A stretch of DNA of 64,000 nucleotides from a virus: positions 27,959 to 91,958 of IMG/VR virus record IMGVR_UViG_3300032235_000776, one strand, 5' to 3'. Below are positions 37,801 to 47,339 of this stretch, one piece after another. Within the stretch, counting starts at the first letter, position 1; each line of letters begins with the position of its first letter. The translations under genes and the position numbers were made by a program. The notes beneath the pieces were generated by a model, which worked only from the letters and a program-made list of their open reading frames with translations, had not been told where the DNA came from and did no database searches.

Positions 37801-40598
37801 TACTTGGGCATGCTGCTACTATACGTTCAAACTTTGAAGAATTAAAACATGCCGGGTTAACACTTGCAGATGCATATCGTGTAACTCTATATAAAGGATT
37901 AACTAAAAAAGAAAGAAAGTTAATTAAAGATAATGTGTTACTAGAGTCTTTGACAAAAATTGAAAATACAAAATCTAAAATTAGGCTTCCATTTATAATG
38001 GAAGATGGGTCACTCGCATATAATACTACTGAAGAAAATAAAATAAATGTATCTGAATCATTCAATAAAGATAATGTATCTATTACTGAGATTATATCAG
38101 CTGTAATGAACGGGTTAGTTGACGTAGCAAGTAAACCATGGATTGTTATCTTCAGTATGAATGAAGAGTTAACTTCATATAACTTCCTAATGCTTTTATC
38201 CGGTGTACCTGCTAGAATGGTATTTAAAGTTAATAATCAAAGGATTATAAAAGACTTTATTGATAATAAATTGGCTTTAAAACAATCTTTATATAAGAGA
38301 ATATTAAACCAAAATAACTCTCAGAAAACAAGTAGATTATTAGAAGATACTTTTATAAATATTATAGAAGAGCATGTAACTATAAAAAATGGTAAAAGAG
38401 AACTTAGTTTGGATAACTTACAAAAGTTAGAGAATTCATTTAGAGAATTAGGGGCATCTGATACAAAAGATAAATACATATTTGATTATTTAAATACGTA
38501 TATCAAAACAGATGCAAATAAAGAAGCAAAAGAAGTAAATGACTTAGTATTCAGAACAAATATAGAATCTTTTTTATTTGACTTACAAAATAACTTAGAT
38601 GAAAGTAAATTCTTAACTGATAAAGAATTGACTACTACTCTTAATAAAACCTATGCTGAAATGAGTAAAGAAGAGTTGGGTAATCAAATTAAGTTATTAG
38701 CCTTTACTCTATTCATGAAACCAGTAGGAGAAGGCCTAACAAGTGCTTTAGAAGCAATTGATTATGATAAAACTCAAAGTGAAAACATACATGATGAGTA
38801 CACTAAAGTGAGTAATTTAAAATTAATTAAATCAAAGGGTTACTTTGATAAAAAATCTTTTACTAGCTTACAAAACTTACATATTGCTCGACCATATAAT
38901 TTGTCAAATCTGACAAAAGCAGCAGCAAGTATAGTTGCTCCTATAACAGAAAACAGTCAGATTAATAAATTTGCAATATCCCTGGCCAAATTACTTAAGA
39001 AAAAATTCTTTATAGTATCGGATAAAGAAGATTCGTTAATTAACTCGTTTAAATCTGACTTTATAAATTACATAGTACAAAACTTTGGTACTATTGAAGG
39101 GTTAGACAAAGATGGTAAATCTACCGGTAAAGAAAATATTGTTGAATACTTTATCAAAAACGGTGTTTTTATTGATAAAAGAGTAGAGTCTTATTCTGGT
39201 AAAGAATACTTATCTACTAAAATAGAAGATAAATCACTACCAAATCAATTGTTTACATTGATTGAGACCTTTGATAAATTTAATTCTTTAGATGTCTTTT
39301 CAAATTATTTAATTCCAGTAAAAGGAAAAAAGATAGAAAATTCAGAAGAAGACGAACAAGACACACTTGATTATATTTACAAAGTAGGTAGGATCTTTAG
39401 AAACTTAAACCCTTCAGAATTAGATAATTACAATAAACAAATTAAAACATTTGGACAAACAAATATCAATATCAAAGATGTTTTATTTGCAATTGAACAA
39501 AATGGCCCTGAAGTATTAGAAAAGTACGTATCAGAAGATAACATTTCTTTTGATGATGTTTATAATACTTTAAAAGATTTACAGTCTAAATATAAATTAG
39601 GTAGTTTTTCAAACATAACTAATGGTATCTTAAACAAAGAAGCTCCCGAGATTAACAAACTTTTAGTTGATTTTAAAAGGAAAGCAAATCAAGTTAAGAA
39701 TGATGTATCTTATTTACTACCATATTTAAGTTTATTACAGTCTACTGCCTTGTATTCTACTGCCTCTATAACAAATATGTTTGTTAGTGATAACTACAAA
39801 ATTGCTAAAGACGCAATTGTTAACTTTAGAAATGAAGTTAATATTAATAATCCAGATGAATTTTTAGATTTACTTAAGAACTTTACTGTATTATTTTTAA
39901 TAAATAACATTAAGTTACTTACTTCAGATAAGAGAGTAGAACTTTTAAAAATGATAGCCGGTAGAGATGCATTAACAAATACTAGAAATGACTTTGACGA
40001 AAATGCTATTATTACAAACTCAAACTATTTTAACAACTATTATAAGAAAATCTTTTCTATAATGGACAGAAATAGTAACTTTGCTGAAGCAGATAATATT
40101 ATCGAACTAATACGTACAGAAGGTATGGAAGAATCTTTCCTTTATGAGTTTTTAGAATTAAAACCATCTGAAATTCTGGAAGAAGATACAAATGACGATG
40201 TTGATGATATAGATGTAATAGAAACTCAATTTGAAATTGGAGATGAAAATAAAGAACCAGATGAAGAAGTATTTAATGTAGTTAATTTGCGAAATAATAG
40301 CTATGTTATATCAGTAAGTGACCAAGAAGTAAAAGATTTGGATGGTAAAAGAATAACAGGTAATCTTAAAAATGAAGTACTTGCAAACTATTATAGTTCA
40401 ATAGATCAATTAAAGATTTCACATGTAGGAGATGATATGTACTATATAGCAGGTAGTAAAATAATGAAAGTTACTGAAGATAAAGAAACTGGTACCTACA
40501 CTTATAAAAATATAAAACCAAATATTGCAGAAAGAAGTAAAATACTTGATCTAGCATTTGAGCATACTCTAAAACCTTGTAACACAAAAACCTCGTAA
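31896..40598 (+). CDS. Virion-packaged single-chain DNA-dependent RNA polymerase (crAss-like two-barrel RNAP)
   Basis: 2900 aa. RIPIQ...IVVPSEIVAKSGGDFDIDKL with catalytic DxDxD at 37458-37472. Upstream DGYGVI and LHKFS beta-like motifs. Confidence 0.9.
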   Translation: MSLNCISADQIKDLEIKYGITNLSIFSTLTQIELLDDYLGKVSLKDIKEKEKEAVRKNLREDILDLLNALNSNVEGESTSINKNSFYVQLKTGTEDKDVEKGFSRFDLGDFSEMFNSAFISLYNSASLFQLLNDEKKAAGVKRSEFKNENLTKVFYKFLKQIDEITKKENIFRLNAIKEVFKNEDAPFKNYEKDVETKMFYVEQVFPFMIDFLRMYYQEYFKPNIWAPKFAEAKVGNAANSTIDELVRINPEFGALSRSKDILVGTNRAFIELEEELSKKGLTVEKKIEIINNSPFNKVADVLMEAFRYNDKSFGGMQDVNSEEIAETDEENNIQSSDDTKITREGFSSSGNEKSGFDSASSETKLVLSSLFDIGPEGMVTDIYGLPTLLNEVDTFKQLSKLLRGKIDYSVFYKTLQENREKYPFIKQLLSDYLPIDPSKDIEEFFDDPKYNDSKRKYLYRVKQAFLQDLSKDRLEAKEINLFLKKKWKKNGTSYNAIRAEVNNAKQKTQVSIKRDATTRFHQKYFKEKQKVFGEALVGSNQKIRLETLVKAALKFKKVSTQSLDDINLKDVLDILAVFGIVPSRSVKSLRGIKRLITEEKKGKKSIERFFSLLPLEDNSLFKAIVTDTSKKRIPEEVKYLQKIILSKIKEFENKPQSLENTQDLIAALKNPEFINATLKSLKVIEETNNYTLQNAINTNNKVKSLVEGYITLITDRFIDSKKISSSKEKGKISLTAKELENNLLDEFEALNRRELNDELTNKISSAEEADKLFDKLTNLTDPMNQLQDIMDGLYKSYYALEGDYVLEDDGITDFSGKPRHLIQSLNNLKIKENDLNERSNKLLVRFPELDPKRNPLIKSSFIFNLLYDIDADGNIKPKSQSNLKISINSILGVKLESKDVNSGGLSINSQYEQDQILSSMILLLFNGHEESMNVDKEAAYNILFKGLNPTEYLGTTEKVTMTKDFLPIPSSIISNFFTGVSVEELQSDKTIKVKKYLNYAKGNKGLKAIEPIAGLYKNYLTHYLLMYYKIEKGDLQYVKDEYENLGKNYKGLGLFEKDSSKDPKNYIIDAKLKEQLKQSVLELNLEGKSLGEMTQEIENVILNSKGKTKTKSGYMDFQQGLFNHFVNQVEDLVDSLRTYSKNYSELDNLIKLFEGNGSEDAKNPLPYISDLIDTADGFRPDNTSLLKGLLLNYIVNYEILAQEKLLLFYGDPMFLKESSYVKRASSPGSTGTFANLDQWDLDYFNNPKNKSAFAFAKALNEKLIKEKKTPLNMDLHKLDYKFRYGQVEDNIIKSAVYNQLLDGFKQSIKQRFGDKFSEKEIDEKAKVALAAYNKLNEADGYGVITLDWYKILSELTKTWGPEQDYVYDLLAAGKEVPYSLLSVTFPVRKFQYTGSIFKDDQAIPADGLHKFSLAPILPGSDNNLQTKAENLMKEGKAYEIFSSANKKEKLLNPSGEKDYFYDGNQTDRIIKPLEARKVNGKMVYDSGKQVIYGVTNLIKDQVHIDTAVKDKVILARQLKRVGKTDLFENGIPFDFKGNEKSALPLKQQWDSLTQKQKKNASKTYKIYRGIVDDISSLIEIEQNNILEQLGFEMTEENGKTKINLIPGVGRQKLIDTLKKELRKRTVQQKSGSGNVYLKLLSIESKNKDVELEAFVNQKTLKSIMVSIINKNTRFRKFNGSNLIQAPVTGMESASFTKDNIGVDQTGYLKTYTYGENVNSERIQQLEKEKQAELDATKSKNKRAEITELYDAKINALKATRMSEVMMTFTPEWEYLLGLYHKGYEIGTLENLNKIIRTDKEWVEENKDKLSILAVRIPIQDPNSIEAFIVKEFLPMSVGAKIVVPSEIVAKSGGDFDIDKLMVYYYNVDKETGEIPFDNSTAGLENRIIKGYLDLLLLPEMFYKLITANSIAVLKDEEKDENDNTPNGQIVDELNYYKGQSILRYDNTDLRMPLFNLRQKTILQIAKKLLGHAATIRSNFEELKHAGLTLADAYRVTLYKGLTKKERKLIKDNVLLESLTKIENTKSKIRLPFIMEDGSLAYNTTEENKINVSESFNKDNVSITEIISAVMNGLVDVASKPWIVIFSMNEELTSYNFLMLLSGVPARMVFKVNNQRIIKDFIDNKLALKQSLYKRILNQNNSQKTSRLLEDTFINIIEEHVTIKNGKRELSLDNLQKLENSFRELGASDTKDKYIFDYLNTYIKTDANKEAKEVNDLVFRTNIESFLFDLQNNLDESKFLTDKELTTTLNKTYAEMSKEELGNQIKLLAFTLFMKPVGEGLTSALEAIDYDKTQSENIHDEYTKVSNLKLIKSKGYFDKKSFTSLQNLHIARPYNLSNLTKAAASIVAPITENSQINKFAISLAKLLKKKFFIVSDKEDSLINSFKSDFINYIVQNFGTIEGLDKDGKSTGKENIVEYFIKNGVFIDKRVESYSGKEYLSTKIEDKSLPNQLFTLIETFDKFNSLDVFSNYLIPVKGKKIENSEEDEQDTLDYIYKVGRIFRNLNPSELDNYNKQIKTFGQTNINIKDVLFAIEQNGPEVLEKYVSEDNISFDDVYNTLKDLQSKYKLGSFSNITNGILNKEAPEINKLLVDFKRKANQVKNDVSYLLPYLSLLQSTALYSTASITNMFVSDNYKIAKDAIVNFRNEVNINNPDEFLDLLKNFTVLFLINNIKLLTSDKRVELLKMIAGRDALTNTRNDFDENAIITNSNYFNNYYKKIFSIMDRNSNFAEADNIIELIRTEGMEESFLYEFLELKPSEILEEDTNDDVDDIDVIETQFEIGDENKEPDEEVFNVVNLRNNSYVISVSDQEVKDLDGKRITGNLKNEVLANYYSSIDQLKISHVGDDMYYIAGSKIMKVTEDKETGTYTYKNIKPNIAERSKILDLAFEHTLKPCNTKTS

Positions 40599-40603
40599 CA
40601 CAA

Positions 40604-43600
40604 ATGGCTTGTAAAATAACAATAAAAGAAGGAATCAATAAAAAAATTGACGCAGAAGTTGCTCCAGGAGCAGTATATTCTGAATCTGCTGTTAGAAATT
40701 CTGCAGATAAATTAAATAATTTATGGGGAGAAGAATTAAAAATTGTATCCCCCCATGTATATAATAATGGTGCAGCAACTCTTATAAAAAATGAAGTAAA
40801 TATTAATAGAGCTGTTGAATTAGAATATAATAAACAAATAAGTTCTGAAAAGGGCCTTACTAATACATATGATTTAGAACGTATAAAAAATTCCTCAAGA
40901 GCTGAAGATATTAAGACTATTTTTGACACAAATCCTATAATTGAAAAAGTAGGATCCTTTCAAGATTACTTAAATTTTATTGAGCAAGAATTTCCGGAAA
41001 AATCAATTTCAGATATTGCCACATATAAATACTTAAGTGCCTTTGAGTTATATATGAAAGGTGGATATGAGCAATTTAATCCATTGAATAGTGATTTTTT
41101 TAATATATTAGAAAAATATAATGCTGATTCTATGGGAGTTATACACCCAGAAGATAGAAAAGAGTTTACTTATTCTAAGTTACAAGAAGATCTTAACAAA
41201 GAATTTGGAGATATCTTTGTAGTAAAAGTAAAAGAGGATAATTCTTATTACGTAAGTAGAATAAATTCTGATGAAAACGTAGTAGAAGAAGAAGGTAATA
41301 AAGTAATTTCAAAAGCTTTTTCAACTTCAATAAGTGATGAATCAGGTGTACCTTCACAAGTAGTAAATTTAGCAAATAAACTTGCAAATAGATTTGATGT
41401 TAGAGTAAAAATTATTTCTGAAAAACAAGCCAGAGAAATAAGACCTAATTATAGATCCGGAAGTCAAGGCTTTTACGATCCTGAAACTAACTCTGCTTAC
41501 ATCATATATGAGAGAATGAGTAATACTACTGTATTACACGAGGCTTTTTCTCACCCTTTTTTAATTTATATAAAGCAGAATTACTCAGGTCTATATAAAA
41601 CATTACTAGCAAAAGCAAAAGCAAATTCTAAAGTTGTTTCGGAGGTAAATGCATATTACAGTAAATATCCATCTGATGCAAAGGATATGGAGTATATAAC
41701 CCATGCTATTGATTTAGAGTATAATAATCAATTAGAAGATCAGTCTTTAGTAAAAAGTATTCAAAGATTTTGGGAAAGAATATTAGCCTACATTAAAGAT
41801 GTATTAGGTATAAAACAGGATATCAATAAGTTAACTACTTTTAAAGATTTAGTAAAGTTTGCATTGAATTCAAAAGAAAAGATTGATCTTTCAAATGTTG
41901 AATTAATGGGACTACCTATTATGGACTCATATGTAAATATGAACCAAGATGTTGATATGGACAATATTAATGAGCCAAACCTTGAAAGTAGATCTGTAAT
42001 CGATACTATTAGAGAAGATGTATCAGATACTATAACAAAAATGCATGACTCTGTTCAAAAAATGAAAGAGGCTATAAATAATGGTGAAGTAGAGATAACT
42101 CCTGGGCAAAAAGAACAATTAGATACTATTACTGCTAGAGTAAATACTTTATCAAAAGATCTTTGGAATTATAGTATTACTGAAAAAGTATTAAAAACTG
42201 ATAAAAATCTTTCTACAGCTATACAGTATTTTAGCGGAATTGTAAAAAATACAATTAATTCTGATACAGGTTTAACTCAGATTCAAGAAATGTTAAAATC
42301 AGTTTCTCATATTTCTCAAATTATGGAGGAAGCTCTTGTTTTAACCAGATACATTAAAGATCAAATTAATGTATTACAAGAGTCAGATCTTAAATTAGAA
42401 GAAAAGCAAAGAGGAATCCATCAGTATTATCAAATAATGCAAGCAATGGAATCTTCTTTAAAAGAATTATATGATTTCTATGTAAAAGGCGAAAATAAAG
42501 ATCAAAAAGGTTTAAATCCTGTTGTAGATGTAATAAATGCAATCTTCAGCGATATAAGAAACGTAAAAGATATTCATTCTAAATATGTCTTAGACTACTG
42601 GGCAGAAAGAATTACTACTGCTATAGGCAGTGATGTAAATGAAGTGATTCAGGAAGAAATAAATTATTTAAAAGAAAAAATTAAAGACATTGCTGTTAGA
42701 ATGGAAAGAAGCAATGATCCTAAAAGAAAAGAGTATTTAAATAAAGAAATTACTGAAGTTAATTTAGAAATAGAAAGAAATGAAAAAGCAAAAGTTACAA
42801 AAGAAAATGTAAAAGCTATTATTAACGGGGACTATGGTGATAGTAGTTACTTATATTATAAGTTTATGGCTGCATTTAATAGCCCAGACTTAGTAGTAGC
42901 AGGAGTAGATATGGTAATTGAAAAGTATTTTATGACTGCAAGTGATGATACTTTGATAGCATCTACAAAAATGAATATGCTTCTTAGAGATTTTATGGCC
43001 GCAACTGGCCAAACAGAAGCTGATAAGTTTAATGTAGAAAAATTTTCAAAACCATTAATTAGAAAAGCTATATTAAATGTAGTAAACTATAATACTAAAT
43101 ATTTAAATAAAGTTGATCCAGAAACAGGAGAAGTAACTCAAGAAACAGTATATGAAGAAAATTTAGAAGAAGTTCAAGAGGATGTTCTCTTAAGTAAATT
43201 TATGGTTCAAGAACTGAATGCAAAATTAAAAGAATATCAATTCTATGTGGACCAAGCAAGAAAAAAAGGTAATTCTGCAGAGTTACAAAAAGCTTTAAAA
43301 GACCAGCATGACTTTAGAAAAAAATACTTTATAACCCCTGTAACTGAAGAGTTTGATAAAAGAACAATTAATTCAAATCTAATTACAGAAGAAGATATTA
43401 AAGAGCTCTATGATGAAAGTGGAAATCCCTTATCTCTAAAAACAGATCCAGATTTAGTATATGCAGCAAGAACAGTACTTGCACCTTTATATGAACAACA
43501 AGATGCATTCTTTACAATTGCTATTGCAAGAGTACCAACAGAACTTGAAATAGAAGAATATGAAGAGAATGAAAGAAAAATAAAAGCAGCTGCTTCTTTT

Positions 43601-46600
43601 GAAATACTTGGTACTACTATTAAGAAAACAGGAAAAGAATTGGCTATTGCCAGAGCTATTAATAGATCTAGAGAGTTAAAAAGAGGTGTATTTAAATATA
43701 CATTACATGAATCAGCAAACTCAAAGTATAAAGATAGATATGTAAGACAAAAAACATTTATTCAAGAAGAAATAAATGCCGGTAGAGTTACTGTGGAAGA
43801 AGGTAAGAGAATGATGGATAATTGGCATAAGTTACATAGTCAATTAACTATTTCTCAGGAGTATTTTAATTTAAGAAATGAAAAAAGAAAACTAATTGAC
43901 GAAGCATTTAATAAATTACTGGAAAATAAAGAAGTATACAAGTTAATTGAAGCATTTGGGTTTGAAGATAAATCTAAAACTAAAAAACAAACTCTAACTG
44001 TATTATGGAATGAACTATATGATTACATAAAACCTTTAAGAGACGTCGAAAATAGTGTAAATGGTACAATAGCTGATAAAGATTTACAGGTTAAAATAAA
44101 AGAGTTAATACAAAGAATTAATGATTATCAATCTAGTAAAGAATATTTAGTTAAATTAACTGATAATAAAGAAAGAGAAAATTACTTAAGCATTGTAAAA
44201 GGAGTAAGAGCTCTTTCAAGTAAAAATAATAGATTACTAATAGAAAATTTTGGTAATAAAAAAGAAACCACTTTCAGAACACAATCTTTAACAGCAAAAT
44301 ATAATAAAAATGGATTTAGTACTTTAAAAGATGTACTTAATAGCGTAAAGTCTGCTTTTAAAGAAGTAATTGAAAGAGGAGAAGAAGTAGATAAAGAATT
44401 AACTCCAGAAGAAACTAAAGTTTTACAGACTTATTTATTTAGAAGTAGTCCATATGCAGAAAATTTTGCATTCTTAAAGAAAATGGAATTAGCTGAAGAC
44501 AGTTCTTTAAGTCCAAGTGAGAGAAAGAAAAAACTTTATGAGGCTCTTGATGAAGAAATGGCCTATGTAATGCAAGATCAAACTACTTTTTCTAATGCTG
44601 AAAGTGTAGATTCAGAAACTAGACTAAATAATGAATATGCTTTTAAAGCCTTACAGACTTATAATGAAGAAGTCAATGATTTATTTAGTGAGTTAGCAAA
44701 ACTTTCAGAAAGAATACCTACTTCATATTATGATATGACAGTAGAAAGCATGAAACAAAAAATTTATAATGAGAATTATGATGAAATTGTAAAAATGCTA
44801 AAAGATTTTGTGGGATACTCTTCTATGGAAGAAGATGAAAAATTAAAAATGGACGATACTTTTGAAGATTTAAAGATGACCAGTCTTAAATCATTAAAAG
44901 ATAAATATCCGGATGTAATTAAATTTGTAGATGAGAAATTTAAACAAACAGATTGGTATAAAAACAACCACTACAAAAAAACTATTTCTGGAAAAGGATC
45001 CGCTACTGAAGATGTTCCTACTCCATTGTGGACTGAGTCAAGACCTGTAGATGAAAAGTATATGAGTATAGAACCAAATAACTCATATAAAACAAGATCT
45101 ATTAATGAGTTCTTACTGGATGAAAATGGAAATCCTACTGATATCCGTTTAAAAAGAGGAGATACAAAAATAAAAGTAAAAGCCGGAGATACTCTAGAAA
45201 CACTTGCCCAGTATTATAATCTTTCAGTTTCAGAGATTAAAAAAATGAATCCTGCTTTAGTTGGAGATCTTGATGAAGGAGAAGAAGTTATAATAAAAAA
45301 ATTCGGAGACAGAGCATTTGGTAATAAAGAACCAAGAGAATATCTGGAAGATGGAACGTTATCTGACTACATTGATCCGGAATACAGAAGATTAGAATCT
45401 CAGAATCCTGCATTAATAAAAGTAATCGATGGATTAAATGATATTTATTATGAATATCAACTTAAATCAGGAATGAGAGGTCTTCAAGGTCTTTTACAAT
45501 CTATGCCAAGAATAGAAACAGTTGGTTGGGAAACATATTTAGATGAAACCGGACCAACTCCTAAGAAAAGCTGGAGAAAAGTAAAAAATTTAGTAGCTGT
45601 AACTCCTCAAGATAGAGATAGTGGTTACACTGTAGCTGACTTTGCAGATAAAAAAATGGAAAATATTCCACTTAAATTTTTATCAGATGTTCCATATGAG
45701 ATAAGAAGTAGAGATGTATTTGGGGTACTTATGAAATTTATTGCCCATGCAAATGAAATATCTGAATTAAATAAGATATTTCCATCAACTAAAGAACTAC
45801 ATAGAATACTTGATGAAAACTCACCTGCAGTTAAAGAAGAGCAAAGAATAAAAATGAGAAAACTAATTGGGTTTGAAAAAGGAATTCCAATTAGACAAAG
45901 ATCAGGTAATACTAGAGCAGAGCATATATTACACTTAATAAACTCTAAACTTTTATATCAAAAAAGAAAAGGTTTATACATAGGAAATTGGAATGTTACT
46001 AAAACACTTGATAGTGTAAGTGCTGCCACTTCATTTGGAGCTTTAGCAGGTATGATAACTCCAAATATAGTAATGAACTATATAGTTGGTAAAGTACAAA
46101 TTTGGATTGAAGTTTGGTCTGGAGGAGTAATTAATAGAGAAGATTATAATAACGGATTAAAAAGACTTTATAAATATTTCTTTTCAGAATTTAATAGTGA
46201 TTTCTATAAGCTTGGAGAAAAAAGCTTACAGGGTCAATTACTTTTAAGATATAACTCATCCGCAAAAGATGTAATGGAATTATATGGTAATGAATTAAAA
46301 AAGACACCTATAAAAGATTATTTATCTTTTGATGTATTCTTTAAAACAAGAAGATTAGCAGAATTTGAATTGGCTGCCGGAACTACTTTTGCTTACTTAG
46401 ATAGGTATAAAGTACTTGATGGAGATAATGAAGTTGCTCTTATAGATGCATATGAATTAGATAAGGACGGTAATCTAAAACTAAAAGATGGTCTTAAAAA
46501 ATTAAATGGAGAAGATTTTACTAAAGATGATGAAGATAGAATAAGAATAAAAACAGCTCAAATGAATATGATTCTTCAGGGTAACTATTCTTCTCATCAC

Positions 46601-47329
46601 AAAACTCAATTTGATACAACTGTATTTGGGCCTTTAGTTATGTTTTTTAGAAAACATTTACCATCTTATGCAGAAAAAGCATTTTCAGCTAGACACTTTA
46701 ACTATGCAATGGGAACTTATGTAGAAGGTTATCAAAGAAAACTTTGGTTAACTGCTATTCAATTAGGAAAAGCAATTAGAAGAAATAGTAGAGAAGATTG
46801 GGAATCAGCTATGAAAGAAGCAAGAAAAAACTTTAAAGGAGATCCAACATTTAAAAAAGGTATAGTACACAATAGTATACTATCTATGATCTATGTATTG
46901 TTAATGATTATAGATTCAGAGGATGATGACGATAAAGCAAAAACACATAGCTATGATTCTTTAATTGCAAAAGCTATGATTTACCAATTGATGAGATTAA
47001 AATCAGACCTTGAGTTAATTTCTGCAATTCCTTTTGTTGCAGGATTGAATGAAAGTTTAAATATTATTAAGAGTCCTTCGATTGTAGTAGATAAAACAAT
47101 TGTTAGTTTAGTAAAGTTAACTTCTCACATAATTGATTATGGAGAATATAAATTAGGTATGATTCCGGAAAAAGATGTAGTACTTCAAAGAGACTATTAT
47201 TCTTTTAATAAAGGAGATCTTAAAATATTAAAAGATTTAGGAGGCCTAATAGGAGTTACAGGTGCTACTTTCAACCCAGATCAAATGGTTGATAAACTTA
47301 AAAATATTAACAGCGCTTTGTTTAGATAA
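40604..47329 (+). CDS. Giant ejected virion protein 3 with zincin-like and LysM domains
   Basis: 2241 aa. GFYD...VLHEAFSHPF (41537-41554), LysM VKAGDTLETLAQYYNLSVSEIKKMN (about 45170-45295), hydrophobic C-terminal helices. Confidence 0.75.
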   Translation: MACKITIKEGINKKIDAEVAPGAVYSESAVRNSADKLNNLWGEELKIVSPHVYNNGAATLIKNEVNINRAVELEYNKQISSEKGLTNTYDLERIKNSSRAEDIKTIFDTNPIIEKVGSFQDYLNFIEQEFPEKSISDIATYKYLSAFELYMKGGYEQFNPLNSDFFNILEKYNADSMGVIHPEDRKEFTYSKLQEDLNKEFGDIFVVKVKEDNSYYVSRINSDENVVEEEGNKVISKAFSTSISDESGVPSQVVNLANKLANRFDVRVKIISEKQAREIRPNYRSGSQGFYDPETNSAYIIYERMSNTTVLHEAFSHPFLIYIKQNYSGLYKTLLAKAKANSKVVSEVNAYYSKYPSDAKDMEYITHAIDLEYNNQLEDQSLVKSIQRFWERILAYIKDVLGIKQDINKLTTFKDLVKFALNSKEKIDLSNVELMGLPIMDSYVNMNQDVDMDNINEPNLESRSVIDTIREDVSDTITKMHDSVQKMKEAINNGEVEITPGQKEQLDTITARVNTLSKDLWNYSITEKVLKTDKNLSTAIQYFSGIVKNTINSDTGLTQIQEMLKSVSHISQIMEEALVLTRYIKDQINVLQESDLKLEEKQRGIHQYYQIMQAMESSLKELYDFYVKGENKDQKGLNPVVDVINAIFSDIRNVKDIHSKYVLDYWAERITTAIGSDVNEVIQEEINYLKEKIKDIAVRMERSNDPKRKEYLNKEITEVNLEIERNEKAKVTKENVKAIINGDYGDSSYLYYKFMAAFNSPDLVVAGVDMVIEKYFMTASDDTLIASTKMNMLLRDFMAATGQTEADKFNVEKFSKPLIRKAILNVVNYNTKYLNKVDPETGEVTQETVYEENLEEVQEDVLLSKFMVQELNAKLKEYQFYVDQARKKGNSAELQKALKDQHDFRKKYFITPVTEEFDKRTINSNLITEEDIKELYDESGNPLSLKTDPDLVYAARTVLAPLYEQQDAFFTIAIARVPTELEIEEYEENERKIKAAASFEILGTTIKKTGKELAIARAINRSRELKRGVFKYTLHESANSKYKDRYVRQKTFIQEEINAGRVTVEEGKRMMDNWHKLHSQLTISQEYFNLRNEKRKLIDEAFNKLLENKEVYKLIEAFGFEDKSKTKKQTLTVLWNELYDYIKPLRDVENSVNGTIADKDLQVKIKELIQRINDYQSSKEYLVKLTDNKERENYLSIVKGVRALSSKNNRLLIENFGNKKETTFRTQSLTAKYNKNGFSTLKDVLNSVKSAFKEVIERGEEVDKELTPEETKVLQTYLFRSSPYAENFAFLKKMELAEDSSLSPSERKKKLYEALDEEMAYVMQDQTTFSNAESVDSETRLNNEYAFKALQTYNEEVNDLFSELAKLSERIPTSYYDMTVESMKQKIYNENYDEIVKMLKDFVGYSSMEEDEKLKMDDTFEDLKMTSLKSLKDKYPDVIKFVDEKFKQTDWYKNNHYKKTISGKGSATEDVPTPLWTESRPVDEKYMSIEPNNSYKTRSINEFLLDENGNPTDIRLKRGDTKIKVKAGDTLETLAQYYNLSVSEIKKMNPALVGDLDEGEEVIIKKFGDRAFGNKEPREYLEDGTLSDYIDPEYRRLESQNPALIKVIDGLNDIYYEYQLKSGMRGLQGLLQSMPRIETVGWETYLDETGPTPKKSWRKVKNLVAVTPQDRDSGYTVADFADKKMENIPLKFLSDVPYEIRSRDVFGVLMKFIAHANEISELNKIFPSTKELHRILDENSPAVKEEQRIKMRKLIGFEKGIPIRQRSGNTRAEHILHLINSKLLYQKRKGLYIGNWNVTKTLDSVSAATSFGALAGMITPNIVMNYIVGKVQIWIEVWSGGVINREDYNNGLKRLYKYFFSEFNSDFYKLGEKSLQGQLLLRYNSSAKDVMELYGNELKKTPIKDYLSFDVFFKTRRLAEFELAAGTTFAYLDRYKVLDGDNEVALIDAYELDKDGNLKLKDGLKKLNGEDFTKDDEDRIRIKTAQMNMILQGNYSSHHKTQFDTTVFGPLVMFFRKHLPSYAEKAFSARHFNYAMGTYVEGYQRKLWLTAIQLGKAIRRNSREDWESAMKEARKNFKGDPTFKKGIVHNSILSMIYVLLMIIDSEDDDDKAKTHSYDSLIAKAMIYQLMRLKSDLELISAIPFVAGLNESLNIIKSPSIVVDKTIVSLVKLTSHIIDYGEYKLGMIPEKDVVLQRDYYSFNKGDLKILKDLGGLIGVTGATFNPDQMVDKLKNINSALFR

Positions 47330-47339
47330 TCAAAAATAA

